Positions 51,217 to 64,000 of a DNA stretch of 64,000 bases are shown in pieces. The stretch is from Narcine bancroftii. Taxonomy: Eukaryota. The DNA is taken from NCBI RefSeq assembly GCF_036971445.1, contig NC_091473.1:205592001-205656000 (forward strand), read 5' to 3'. The notes under the pieces were generated by a model that did no database searches, was not told where the DNA came from, and worked only from the letters and a program-made list of their open reading frames with translations. Made by a program: the position numbers and the translations under genes. Each line of letters begins with the position of its first letter. The first letter of the stretch is position 1.

Positions 51217-53424
51217 TATGGAAGTAAAAAATGTCAGTCTCTCGGATGTCTCATCATCCGCTATTGTTCTATTAATTTGTTTGTTCCATGTCATGTGGCT
51301 AAAAAAGTATTATCAGTCCCGTATTGCTGAGATTCGCGATCAGGAACAGCCGTGACACATCTTAATGTTGACTTTACGTTCGATTGCATCACTGATCCTG
51401 TTATGTTCTTACACTTCAAATGAGAATGCTATCCGATGTTTGCCGATATATTGTTATATCCAATCCAATCGTTCTCAGTTGGTGGCACAGCAGAGTAGTG
51501 GGTTCATTGTTTGGCATTTGTATTGTTGCCTCGAGTTTGGCGGACCTTCATTATATTCACACACGAAGCATTATATAGTGCCAATTTTAAGAATACTCCA
51601 GCTCCTCAGATAACTTTCCATTTCAATATTGTCACCTGTAAGCAGGAATTGGAAAATGGAAATTATTACAAATATTAACGATAAAGAAGAAAATGTCTGC
51701 AATATTGCTTTTGTGAAAAGGCGCCGCCAGGACATGACCGGAGTATAGGGTGAAACAGCATTGGTAGTCGGGTTTCTGTGCGTGCACATCTTCAGTTACA
51801 CATATTCGGGTTAATGATACGAGATAAGAAGTTACCGATGTACGATATTATGGTCATGTACGGAGTTACAGGCCTTGCTCAGGCTGAAAACCATAAATTT
51901 GCTGGCAATGTTTTTTTTTACATTAGTGGTCCTGCGAAGGGAGTTTAATGAATGCCAAGGAGGTGGGCAGTTAAACGCACAATTATAGTAATCAGCACTG
52001 CTGCATTTTCTAACATTGAGTTTAAATTAGATGTTGTATTGTTCTTTGGCGAAGAGTTCCTTGCAATATGCTTTTTAGAAGATCGCTGCAGAAGTCAAAG
52101 TCTAATAAAATGAACTTGCTGCATAAATGATTTCAGTACATGAAATAATAACGTTTTTCATCACATCATCTGTTTGCTCTGCATTCTTTATCATTGAAGC
52201 CAACCACGAAAGTAACATTGAAAATATTATGTTGTATTGCCAGAGGGCCCTCATGTCGAAGCAACCTGCGAGCAGAATGTTTCCTCGCATACTCAGACTG
52301 GTCGGCAACCTATACCTATTTTTACTACATATCTTCACAAATCAATGCAATCTAAACCCGGGCTTCCTCACCACCTACCATAAGGACATTTAAACCGAGA
52401 CATAAAGGCCACGGGCTAAGGTGAATAACCTGATGATTAGTGATTCGGTGATCAATTTACTTGATGAGAACATGGAAACGCTACCGGCATAGGACGTATA
52501 TTTGCAAAATAAATAAAAAAAACCCACAGCTGTTCCAACGAGGAACCGAAAAAACCCCACGGTCATTGGTATTTTCAGTGTAGAAATAGAAGAGGGAGAC
52601 CCAACCAATCAGGAAGAATCCATGGACATAAATTATCATTAAACGTTTCACATCAGAACCCTTGACTCGATTTTTGGTTCCGATCAATAATTTTCACTGC
52701 ATATTTCTTTCCACTGATGATTCCCGTCCGTTTAGCGGTGTCATTTCAATCCAGAGTACCCATAACCTCCCAATAGAAGGCGCTCTCTTTCTCAGAGACG
52801 CAAGGGAGAGATAGGCAGTGTAGAATACAGACATCGTCATTCACACATGCGAGTATTGGAAAGTTTTCACTCTCTATCACATTCTGTTTCATTAGTTGTT
52901 TGGAGGAAATAATCTATCTCGAGTCTTGGTCCAACTGGAACTGCATGAAATGCAAATAAAAAAAAAGCTTTGAATTGATTGGTGAAATCGAAGAACAAAT
53001 GAGAAATACGACTATAGGAGATAATGAGGAATAGATTAAATTGCGGTTGGTGTGATCGGAGAGGGTGAGAGCATTGTGCTGAGCGGCTGTCACTCTGCCA
53101 ACCACGAGAGAGACCAGACTTCACAGGTCTATTTGTACCTCCGATTACAAACTATTTTTGAATCATGTCGATTCAGCTCAAATTCATCCTCGGCGCCTTG
53201 CAACTCTGTATTCTCTTTCAACTTATTGGCTTCTTACATCATTTCGTCTCAACACCGGTAGGTTGACTGCGTTTCAGTCCACTTAATCAGTACATTTCAT
53301 GTATGAATGCCATATTGTCTACCGAAAACCGGAAGTGAAACCAAGATCCTGGATCTAGCTCTTTGACGAGCAATGCCCGATAGGTTCAGGGGAATTTCCA
53401 GGTCAAATTTCGCGATCCCATGGA

Positions 53425-54001
53425 ATGGCCTCACTGTTAATACACACGCTCCTTCCCCGCGGTTATCCTCCACTTAGTAAGGCTTGGTCAAAGGGAAGAT
53501 AAGGACGTCAAGACTTGAATATTCGCTACCTTATCTTGGAGAGTCATTTCATTTCTAGTTATTATTTTTTAGCTTATACGAGTTTCAGGAAGAGTGTCAA
53601 TTCTGGGAAATGTGTGCTGTTGGTTGATTCATATTCTATTCTGTATATGTCAGGACATTGTCGAGGCAACGCCGTTTCGCAGACACCAAGTGTGATCACA
53701 GTGACAGAAGGAGAAGATGCTCAACTGAATTGTAACAATACAACAACAAGCATAAGTACTCGAAGATTAATCTGGCACCGTATGTATCGTGGCCGGTTAC
53801 TGGATGTTTTGATGGTCAGAACGCAAAATAACGGCAAAATAAATTAAAAAAAATCCCCGAAAACTCTTCTCGACAGTGCTTGATATTTCGAAGCGCACGG
53901 TTCCACTGAATGTTCCTGCAACACAGCTGGGAGATGCGGCCATGTATTATTGTGGTCTGAGCCCCACAGAGGTACGGAAATGGGGTGAGACTACAAACGT
54001 A
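53425..54001 (+). pseudogene. TCR V pseudogene of a distinct family (candidate leader 53425-53476; V exon 53654-53964)
   Basis: GNAVSQTPSVITVTEGEDAQLNCNNTTTSISTRRLIWHR...; stop at 53845 plus a poly-A frameshift; LGDAAMYYCGLS; CACAGAG at 53965 with a degenerate nonamer about 21 nt away. Confidence 0.87.
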
Positions 54002-54499
54002 ACAGGTAATCTCATCGCCTGAACAAAGCTTTGAACAATTGTGTGCTTCTCCGTACATGCATCACAACCCAAATGGATGACTGGCAATGATTATCCAATT
54101 TTATGATACTGATAAGATAATTTTATCAGATTAAGTACAATTTATTGTCATGTAATAAAACAGAAATAACATGTTATTATGTAATAGCATTTAATCTGTC
54201 ATTAGGTGTAAAAAAAGATTGAGGATTATCATTGCCCGGAACCCCTGTCAGTGAGAGAAAGAGATGCAAACGAAAGTCCCCCCAGATTCACGGAGTTTCA
54301 CCCTTATCACAGCCGAAGTCTCTGAAGCAGCACAAGCGTCAAGTTCAGAGGCAATCCCAGCCTTGAGCTAAACTTCCGAATCTACAAGGAGGCCTTTGTA
54401 AGCCTGTAGGTAGCCGTCGAACTAGGACTGGCCAATAGGACACCAGGCGGGAGTGCTGTGTCTTCGTTCCCCGCGGGTGAGCAGAGGCAGCGATGCCAT

Positions 54500-56590
54500 T
54501 ACAGCAGCTTCGCTAGTGTCGCCATTATTTCTAAATCTGCGCCCACAGTCAATTGACAAACCAATTCCAGGTCAGAGTTGTGATTTTGAACAATGAGACA
54601 GAACTCTCGCTTTGCATCCTTCCTTTTCTGATCCAAGGGTATACTCTGGTTCCGAGCCCTTGACAATAGGAATAATTTTCCCTTTAAATTTAAGCCATTG
54701 CCGTGTTGGTAAAATACGCCTCAAAATTTTGAAAATCCATTATACCCTGCTTGCCCTGTTTCAGGAAGTTATTACCCTTTCAAATTAACATCCCGATTTC
54801 ACATATTCTAACTTAATATTCCTGATTTAATTTAACGTGTCTGTGATAACACAACATCCGTGGGAGGTACGAGATATACAGCCAGAGCTGGCAGTGCAAG
54901 AGACCTCAAACACAGGTGACGAGTGGTTGGCTGCAATGGTACTGGAAGCACGTGAATATGAATCAACACCACATACTGATTTGGTGAATGGAGGAGACGG
55001 GAAACAAACTTTTCAGGGCTCAGTTTTAGACATTCTAGATATACATTTAGCATCGTATTTCAACAGGCGTTGGCAAATCCTTCTCATTCTCCATGCTGTT
55101 ATACTTTGTGTGCTCATTTCATTTGGAAGAAAAAAAGCAGTACCCCTTTTAGAAGAGGAGAATTATTTATCTAATCTGTCTACATTCTGAACCGCATTTC
55201 TGCTGTTTCTGTTCATGCTATTCCATCTCTCACTGTCTCCAGAATTGTCCAAGTCTCCACCTACCTCTGCTTCGGGGAAGATCCCAACATCTGTAAAGAT
55301 CCATTCCAAACCGGTCACACTCTTCCCCCACCCCTCGTTTGACAGAATATTGAAAACAGGAATACACAATTCAGCTTTTCCGGTCAGATGTTTGAATGGA
55401 CGTCTTGTCAGGTCAGCGTCCGTGGCTTGCTCAGGTTCAACTCAATTATCTCCATAGCCTACATCTTCTATTTGTAATACAGCCAACGTTTCAGTTTGAA
55501 GAAAGTGTGACATTTGTCCACAGCACTTCGGTTTTATTGTTGCATTATATGTTCTACATATTGTATGTTAATGTCCCTGTATTTCAGAAAAGAGAATGCT
55601 ATTTACTACGTATCAACAGAAATGGCCACGAAAAACTCAATGTCGTTTTCTGATTTAATTTATGTTATCTGCCATTTGAGAGGCAGGAGAATAATATAAA
55701 TGAAAATGCACCAGCAATCATGCTTGAACACCTTTGAATATGTGGTATTCTGATTGAATTGAGTCTGGCCTAATATTAGAAAGATCAGTTTAATTACAGT
55801 AGATGCTTCAGAAACTTCCATCGATTTAAAGGTCTCTGGATCGACACATTAATCTGCAGCGAAAATCAAATATGCTGGAAAAAATGTATTTAATTTATTT
55901 TGGCTTCCTACTCCGTGTTCTATTATGTGCTACGTTCTCGAATGCACAGTGCTCAAATCCGAACAGCAAAGAATCCAAGTATCAAGTGAATAAACACACC
56001 TTTAAAAGATCGATAGCGTGATTCATTGGGAAGCTTATATTATTTAACGTGATCCTAGGATTATATCATTAACATTATATGAGACACGATCAAGTCAGGT
56101 GAAAATAAATTGGCCATATTTGATTTAACCACCATGTTCACCAAGCATAAAAGGTGAAATAAATGTAATGAGGCCAGTTCGGGTGAATATAATGGCAACG
56201 GTATTTGTAAAACCATTAACAAAAACTAGAATAAACCGGAGAGTAATGGGTGAAAGAATGACAAGGAGGTGTAAAACTATAAATGGAGCTGTTATTTCTG
56301 ATGGGTAAACTTCCATCGAAAGAGTGAAAAATGCGTTTGCAGTGGATAATGATATATAGACTATCCACTTCAAAAGCGCCAGTGTGAGATGAAGAATGAC
56401 CGGGCTAACTATTCGAAGGCCTATTTAATATTAAACGGCGGATTAACGTAAATAATCCGAGACATGCAAAATACACAGGAACTAAAGGATGAGCCGTTGG
56501 CATGCTGTTCCATATAGTTATGCTGGTCACATCTGCCATAATATCGACTACAGGGCCTCAGTGGGGCAAGAGAGCAGCGAGCGAGAGGCT
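54500..56590 (+). repeat. Older segmental paralogue of ~9580-12400
   Basis: Colinear diverged blocks, e.g. CTGCGCCCACAGT and ATGCGTTTGCAGTGGA; the first copy carries the RTE. Confidence 0.8.
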
Positions 56591-57174
56591 TGAGTGTGTT
56601 TGGGGATGAGGAGTATGACAAAAGTGCAACTTCAGATAAATTGTGCGAATCGACTTTTAGCATCTTTGCTACTGAGACACACATGCATCTTGATGACATC
56701 AGTTAACTTTTGCATATTACTCTCGACCTATCCCTATTTTAGGGATAAGAGAACAGCTTGATCCAAAAGAGATCATGAATCGAAAACATCTATTTCCAGA
56801 TTTATGGGTTGGTCAATGATATGCCATTCCCGAACAGTACCTAAAGGTATGCACCGATGGATCGCCATTTTCCCGTTATTCGAGCCAATGATTAGGCTTT
56901 TATATTATTCCAGTTATTCAAGTAATGCACACACTATATTTCCTAAATGTGATACAAATTTCACATATCCATGTGCTGAAATACTGAAGACTTCAGAGAA
57001 TAAGAACTGAGCCCTTGACATCTCGAAATTTTCAGACAGCATTGAAAGGTGGGGAGAACCAAAGTTTGTATTTGTTTATGCTGTTGCCAGTTGAATCGCA
57101 CGCCGCATGACGGGGCTTACGTAAGTTTTTAGAATCGCAAGAGAGAAACGACTCCGACGGTTATGACTTATTTT

Positions 57175-60135
57175 TGTTGATATTTTATTTAGATAATTTA
57201 AGGCCAAACATGCAACCAACAGGAAAAAAAACATAACATCTCAAATAAAGAAAAGAGCGAGTAATCCATGATACATAATGACTATAATCCCTCATCCAAC
57301 CCGCCCCACGCTCACAAAGAAATAACAAGAGAGAATTAGTAAAGAAAGAAGAAATCTCGATGACAAAATAAAGAAAAAAAATTAAAATAAAGATAAATAA
57401 GTAAGAAAAAAAAGAAGGGAGGATTGTCGTGAATCCGTAGTCTCCTACAGAGCTTTCAAATTTTCAAAACTTACCGAGGTCTCTAGGGGACTTCGACGTC
57501 GGTCTCGAGGGCGATCAGGGATGGGGGCGGCCGTGGGGTGAGCACAGCTAAAGATTGACACCCATAGTTTGTATATATGGCTCTCATATGTTTAAAAATA
57601 GCATCCCATATTATTTCTTAGGTTATAGATAATCTTCTCAAGGGAAGGACAACTGTGCATTTCCACATTCCAACGAGTTATACCTCCATGGGCATCAAAC
57701 TTCGAAGGAACCATATATATTGCTTGGCCACTGGCAATGCTTCTTGACAAATTCTATTTGATATTTGAGCAGCCTGATCTTTGGTCTTACTCCCACAATA
57801 TTCCCAATTAAAAACAGGATTTTTTGGAATTTGAAGCCAAATAATTTTCTCTCGGAAACTCCCTTGACCCACCCAGAAGTGTCTCACCTTTGGACATGAC
57901 CAGGCTGAATGTAAAAGGGTTCCTATCTCCTCGCCTCATCTCAAGAATTGTTCCGAAAAATCTGATTGTAATTTATTTAATTTATTTCGGCGTGATATAT
58001 AACTGGTGCAAAAAGATTATTCTACACCCGTCTGGATCTTACATTTATTGTGTTTGTCCTACTGACCGAAATAAATCGGACCATTTTTATCTATGAATTG
58101 TTATATTTAAGTCTAGACTTATCTAACCCCACCCACCCCGTTAAGGAGTTTTAGTATGAAGTAAGAGATACGTTCTGATGCATGTTTCTTTGTGCTTTCG
58201 TTTTGATTCAGACTGCTCTGATCACTGCACCTTGGTAGAATCATTGTTAGGCCCAATTTGTCCCTTAAGTAAGCTCTGAACTGAAAATAGTAGAAGATTG
58301 ATTCATTCACATTACCGTACTTAGTTTCTCATTGATCAAAGGACATTAGTTGACTCTGCTCATAACAGCCCTCGATATACCTGGTCCATTTTGTGTATCG
58401 GTATTCAAAACGTTACTATTGGTTGTTTAAGATATGAACATATCCAGATTCACGGGTGTTTTCGGAGATAGTGTAACCTCAACCCTGCACAGACCCAATC
58501 TGATAATTTATTGCGTACCAAATACTTTTTATATGGAGACTCGAGTCATCTTACATTTGCAATGAAAAATTCTGACATATTTATTTAAATCCTTAAACAA
58601 ATCTGAGGCAACGTTTTGGGCAGCGTCTGAAACAGATATTGTACTCTTGTAAATATATTCATTTTTACTCAATTGACTCTATAGCTAATAATAATGGTAT
58701 TCAAATCCTCTTCAAATATTTTAAGCAACCGGAGATAACTTAACGTGCATAAATTCTGTAAATTGTCTCTTCTAGTCCCTACGTATTGTATCCAATTCAG
58801 CGTCCACGTACATTGAGCTTTTCTTTGTCACCTCTAAACGGCTTAATTTCGCATTTATCCTAATTTATTTTATAACCTGGGTTGTTCCAGATAGTCTTCC
58901 AGTTCTGAGTACAATTTGTGTAATGAAATTGTTGATTCTGTCAAATATATCTGCAAATATATTCGTCCGATATATTAGAACAGTGGTTCCCAACATTTTT
59001 CTGTTCACTCACATACGACCTTAAGCAATTCCTTATTAGTCATAGAGCAGCTACAGCATAGGGAATACTTAAAGTGGTATGTGAGTGGATACAAAAAGAT
59101 TGAGGCCATTGTATTAGAATATCTTTTATGTAATTTCTGAGGGGTAAGATATAGCTGAAACAAAGAAATTACATTGCATCACTATATCTTACATTTTTGT
59201 GTATTGGGCATGCATTCCTATCATAAATAGGACCAGTTCGTATCACCAATATTTATATTCAAGCCTATTCCATTCTTTGTTTTGATTTATATAACTTCCG
59301 CAACTGAAGTAAGGAATACATTGCAGATGTAAACTTCCCGAGTTCCCCTTTCAAATCAGCATTTCCATTTCACTGTACTCTTGGAACATCATGGCCGATT
59401 CTAATTCATCTCCAAAAACTATTAAGATTGTATTATTAAGAATATTTTTTTTACAGTTCAAATGATATTAATTGCCTTTGTTTATAGGAATGTTCCTCAT
59501 ACCTGATGTCTTTATGGAACCATGTATGCAGAATGTTATTATGCATTGTTAAAGCTATTTATGTATTTTGAGTCAAAGTCCTCTTGAAGATCTTTTTTAC
59601 CTTGGTTATAATTAAGTTATTCAATTTATACTAAATATTCATAATATGCTTTGTTATAGGTGTTTCCTTTCCACCAGAAATAGATTAAATATTCCATGCA
59701 TATATGAGATCATCTGATACGCTCTCACCGACTTCGTGCATTTCAATTTCTATCCATGAAGGCTCGTCTCCTCCATCAAAGAGGGAAGTGACAAATTTCA
59801 TCTGGGCCGCTCAGTAATATGTAAAAGTTTGGAATTCAAACCCCACCCCCCTCCACATATAATATTTCCAAAATAAGTTTTCTGTGGAAACTCCGGCTAA
59901 CTTACTTTTCCAAAGAAACTTCCTAACTTATTAATAATTTTAAAAATCTTTCTTGGTAATGGCACTGCAAGAGTCTGAAAGATTCACTGTATAAACGGGA
60001 ATATATTTATTTTCATACAATTAACTCTTCCAAAGTTATTGGAAAAATCGAATATTCATTTAAATCTTCTTCAACCTTTTTAAACAAGGGGATGTCGTTC
60101 ATCTTCCACAAAATCTTCAAGTCATTATCTGTTTT
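57175..60135 (-). mobile_element. Degenerate L1 ORF2 3' fragments
   Basis: FYYFQFRAYLRDKLG and other ORF2 C-terminal remnants; A-rich 3' UTR on the + strand; probably interrupted. Confidence 0.7.
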
Positions 60136-61934
60136 TAATCCCAAAATACATAATCCCGTTCTTCAGTTGGCTGTGATGATTTCTTGTTGATGTACAGGTG
60201 CTTGTAATTCCTACCATTGGGAACTACAAAGTTGAAGGAAAGAAAAAGATGAAAATCAATCTTCCAATGAGAGGAAGAAGTAAAGAATAAATGGACAGAG
60301 TAAAAGAGGACATGATCCTTGAGCCACAGCACACTCTCGACGAAACCATTTAGCTCGACATTCCTTCGACTTAATGTTGTTTGTTGCCAGAGTTGCAAAG
60401 TGGAAGGTCTCCATGTCACACCTCATTTGCAGCCTCGGTGAAGATATTTGCGTTGCACACTGAAAGTAAACGGAGTGAATGTCCCATCGAGATCTAAACG
60501 TGACAGATTAAATCCAGAGATCTTTTATTTCAGATTATATACAATTCTTTTCCTCTTGCCCATTTGGATTATAATGCACGTTTTACGTGGTGAGTTCATG
60601 TTTCGATGGCGTTGTTTTGATTAACTTCCTGAGTGCTCAGAGTTTAAGAATAATTATAATAGATTTATTGTCATTCATATTATACAATGTACAAATGGAG
60701 CAGTTTAGTGAACAACAGTATGCGTTAAATTATGAATAAATATGAAAGATATGTTTATAAAATATTCATAATTACCATCGTGCAAAAAGATAACTGCATT
60801 ACATTAGTTTCTGAGAAATGTTGTTGACGTCTTTGGCGATCATTCAATGTATCAGTATCACTTCAGTTGAAATCCGAAACAGGACAAAGTGTAACATTGT
60901 ATTGCCGTTTTATGGTAGGTCCAGTATCCGGGAGAATCAACCAAACATCGACTATGGATATTCTGCAGAGCTGTCAGCTGATCTCATAGCCAGGTATGCT
61001 TTTTATTATCTTCATAATTCCTGTCTCCGACTTAGCCAAGCATCATTCAGTGTCTTTGAATGGCCTCTATTTTTCATTCCTTTCTTTTATTGTTAGATGG
61101 CCGGGCAATGCTCATCCTGACACTGTATGTGGCTTTCGGGAGTCGAAAGCTGGAGTTTTTCCACATTTTTAACGTGGTATCACGTGAAAATAAGGATAAC
61201 ATTTGAAACCAATACTGTGGCAGATCAATCATCGTTTGGAACAAATTTCAACATCAAGACAGGCCACCGAGAGACTAACGCTTACTTGATAAGCAAAAGT
61301 ACCTGCCTTTCTGCGGCAAGTAATAATTTCCGTGCACTAATTAGTTGAACATTGCAGATAACAATGAATGCACTATCACTAGCTTTTATCAAGTATATTT
61401 GTGAAACAACAAAAGCTGTTACTCATAGTTTCCACATTTTTATGCCCCTTCTTTAACATGTCCAGAACTCACTCTTGCGACATTTGAAAACATAGAATTT
61501 TCATGAGCAATTACCTAATTGGCATTCTTATCTGGGTAACTACGTCGTTATATATTCCAGCTCGAGGAATGACCTTTGTGCTGAGAAGGCGACTCTCCTT
61601 GATTCTAGCTTCCGCAGAGGGAATCATCACAGGCAAAGGATAAAGGTTCGTGCTCAAATTAATCCGGTTATGAGATACCAGATAATAATAGTCCTTTAGC
61701 TTCTATTTATAAACGCCTTTAGCTTCCTCGGGAGAAGAGCATAGATGTTATCTTCATTTCCTCACAGCAACATGATACGATTCATGTTTGATTCCAAATC
61801 TAGCATCAAATCCTCCATCTGATACATACTGATTGAAATATCCATGTACTTCCATCAACATTTGACATAAAGTCTCCTATGCCTACCTTGACATACGTCC
61901 ACATCGCTCAAAATTTCTGTGTTTTTTTTTGCAG

Positions 61935-62222
61935 GTGTCAATGGCGCCGATTCAAAGGACCGATATCCATCTGATCTGAAAGCTGAAGAATAACAAAATA
62001 TAACTGAACAACAGTTACCATGCAGCACTATCTGCTTTAAGGATCTTCTGATACCCGCAGTATCCCGGAGAAACACTCGTCTATCTAGTGAAGATTTTGT
62101 CTACTGCATACAGAGGCCGGTCACCTTAATTCACAGTTAGGTGTTTTGCTGTGTATCAGAACTAAACACTATTGATACATTTTCCACATTGCTCCGTCGT
62201 GATCTCAGCATTGTATGTGTAT
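61935..62222 (+). pseudogene. Duplicate of the V pseudogene at 41688-41975
   Basis: Near-identical sequence at offset 20247. Confidence 0.75.
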
Positions 62223-64000
62223 CTTTAAAAAAAACAACTTTATTTAATATATTGAAAACAAAAACTTTAACAAATTGCATAATATAAAAATCAAAATTGC
62301 AAGACTTCGCAACCCATTCCACTCATCCTCAGGAAACCCCACAAGTGAAGCATTAAGAAAATAAAATAATACATACAGCAGTTTAAGATAATACTAAATT
62401 CATACATTTCAAATATGGCGACAACATCTGAACAAAAATGTAATAATTAGCATTCAAATTATATGTTATTTTCTCCGTATAAATACAGGTCCTCAACTCG
62501 TTATGCCAGCGATTTACATTTATCTCAACTTCGTCTTTCGAAAAAAATCGCAACACATTTACATGCTACAGCCAATGCTAAATATAGAAAATGCTGTCTC
62601 ATATTTATCTGACCCAAAATCCAAAAATGGAGCAGGATAACCCAACAAAATATATTTTGGATCTTATAAAAGTTGGATTTTATACAAATGTTGAAGAAAT
62701 TCCTTCATTATCCGCCAAAATGATTGAATTTTATCACAAAGCCAAACGCAATGTAAGCATGTTCCTCCACATAATCCACATCTAAAACACGACTCTGAAT
62801 TACTAAATCCATAACATTTTAAATTTCGCAGGGGTTAGATATAACTAATGCACAAAATATAATTAATTATACTATATTTTACATGAAACAATTTAGTTAC
62901 ACCATCAAAACACATCAACTCCCAATCGACCGGATTAATATCACAACTTAAATAATTTTTCCATTTAATCCTATATTTATCGAAATTTATTTTATCCACC
63001 TTCTCTTGTAACAACGCATTTATCTCAGAAATAAAATACTTATTTGAAAAATGAGAAATAATAAACTCAAATTTAGTTAACTGAGGAATTTTCATTTTCC
63101 TTCCAAAATTATGTTTCACTTACAGCTATGCCTTTGGCTTGGCTTCGTGGACGAAGTTTTATGGAGGGGTAATGTCCACGTCAGCTGCAGGCTTATTTGT
63201 GGCTGACAAGTCTGATGTGGGACAGGCAGACACGGTTGCAGCGGTTGCAAGGGAAAATTGGTTGGTTGGGGTTGGGTGTTGGGTTTTTCCTCCTTTGTCT
63301 TTCGAAAGTGAGGTGGGCTCTGCGGTCTTCTTTAAAGGAGGTTGCTGCCCGCCGAACCGTGAGGCGCCAAGATGCACGGTTTGAGGCAATATCAGCCCAC
63401 TGGCGATGGCCAATGTGGCAGGCACCAAGAACTTTCTTTAGGCAGTCCTTGTACCTCTTCTTTGGTGCACCTCTCTCTCGGTGGCCAGTGGAGAGCTCGA
63501 CATATAACACGATCTTGGGAAGGCGATGGTCCTCCATTCTGGAGACGTGACCCACCCAGCGCAGTTTGATCTTCAGCAGCGTGGATTTGATGCTGTTGGC
63601 CTCTGCCATCTCGAGTACTTCGATGTTGGAGATGAAGTCGCTCCAATGAATGTTGAGGATGGAGTGGAGACAACGCTTGTGGAAGCGTTCTAGCGTTCAC
63701 TAACGGTATAATTTGATAATAAATAAACAAAGAATTCACTGAAATTCCACATTTCTCTCTAAGCTGATTAAATGATAAAAGTTTATCCTCTTCAAAACAA
63801 TCCTGCATCGAGTTTATTTTTTTTTAGTCTGCCATTCTCTTAGAAATCTATTATTCAATGAAAAAGGAATCAATTTATTTTGGTACATTGGGGCTTGATC
63901 CGATATTTTAACTTTCGAGCCTATTAATAAATTCCTTTTAGTCCAAATCTCTAAAAAATATTTTAAAATCGGTACGTTATATCTCCATAATAAAACAGAA
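62223..64000 (-). mobile_element. Duplicate of the L1 + RTE at 41976-43753 (RTE ~63127-63693)
   Basis: Near-identical ORFs at offset 20247. Confidence 0.9.

Larger units (their letters stand above)
60472..64000 (+). repeat. Near-identical direct duplication of 40224-43753; runs off the window
   Basis: About nine differences seen by eye over ~3.5 kb. Confidence 0.95.

Noticed and set aside
54837-55190. 117-aa ORF partly shared with 9949-10167
   Set aside because: The similarity is explained by the segmental duplication, the frames diverge, and no domain is recognisable.
56125-56600. Minus-strand IgH-like V (STANAFFTLSME; paralogue ~12200)
   Set aside because: No Trp41 or YxC motif, splice site or RSS could be found.
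1-64000. D, J or C segments and 12-spacer RSSs
   Set aside because: No FGxG J motif with an upstream RSS and no C1 exon were recognised by eye; a formal scan was not possible.

Overview
Vertebrate genomic DNA, most likely a cartilaginous fish (inferred from the V-segment style and the L1/CR1/RTE/Rex1/V-SINE repeat complement). The window lies inside a T-cell receptor V-gene array, most likely TRA/TRD. I read 17 V segments, all on the + strand; where an RSS survives it is 23-spacer type. Only one is intact: leader 46470-46515, V exon 46966-47266, RSS 47267-47305. One more (30419-30894) is disabled by a single TGA at Cys23; the rest are decayed, and most are missing from the ORF track. No D, J or C segments were seen. 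The array is built from duplicated cassettes and is heavily invaded by L1, RTE, CR1, Rex1/Babar, SINE, Gypsy and an ERV. There are three assembly gaps and a near-identical duplication of at least 3.5 kb (40224-43753 vs 60472-64000). Main leads: (1) several V pseudogenes carry lesions at the coding-end/heptamer junction, resembling germline RAG open-and-shut scars; (2) a V clade with a conserved extra cysteine (D-C-P-E/D-R); (3) a repeated two-V module in which a dead V with an RSS sits ~400 bp upstream of the next leader; (4) a locus-wide non-consensus heptamer CAC(A/G)CTG and a conserved CRE/E-box promoter motif; (5) a 4x CRE array carried by a Gypsy element. All alignments were done by eye, so boundaries of decayed elements are approximate.
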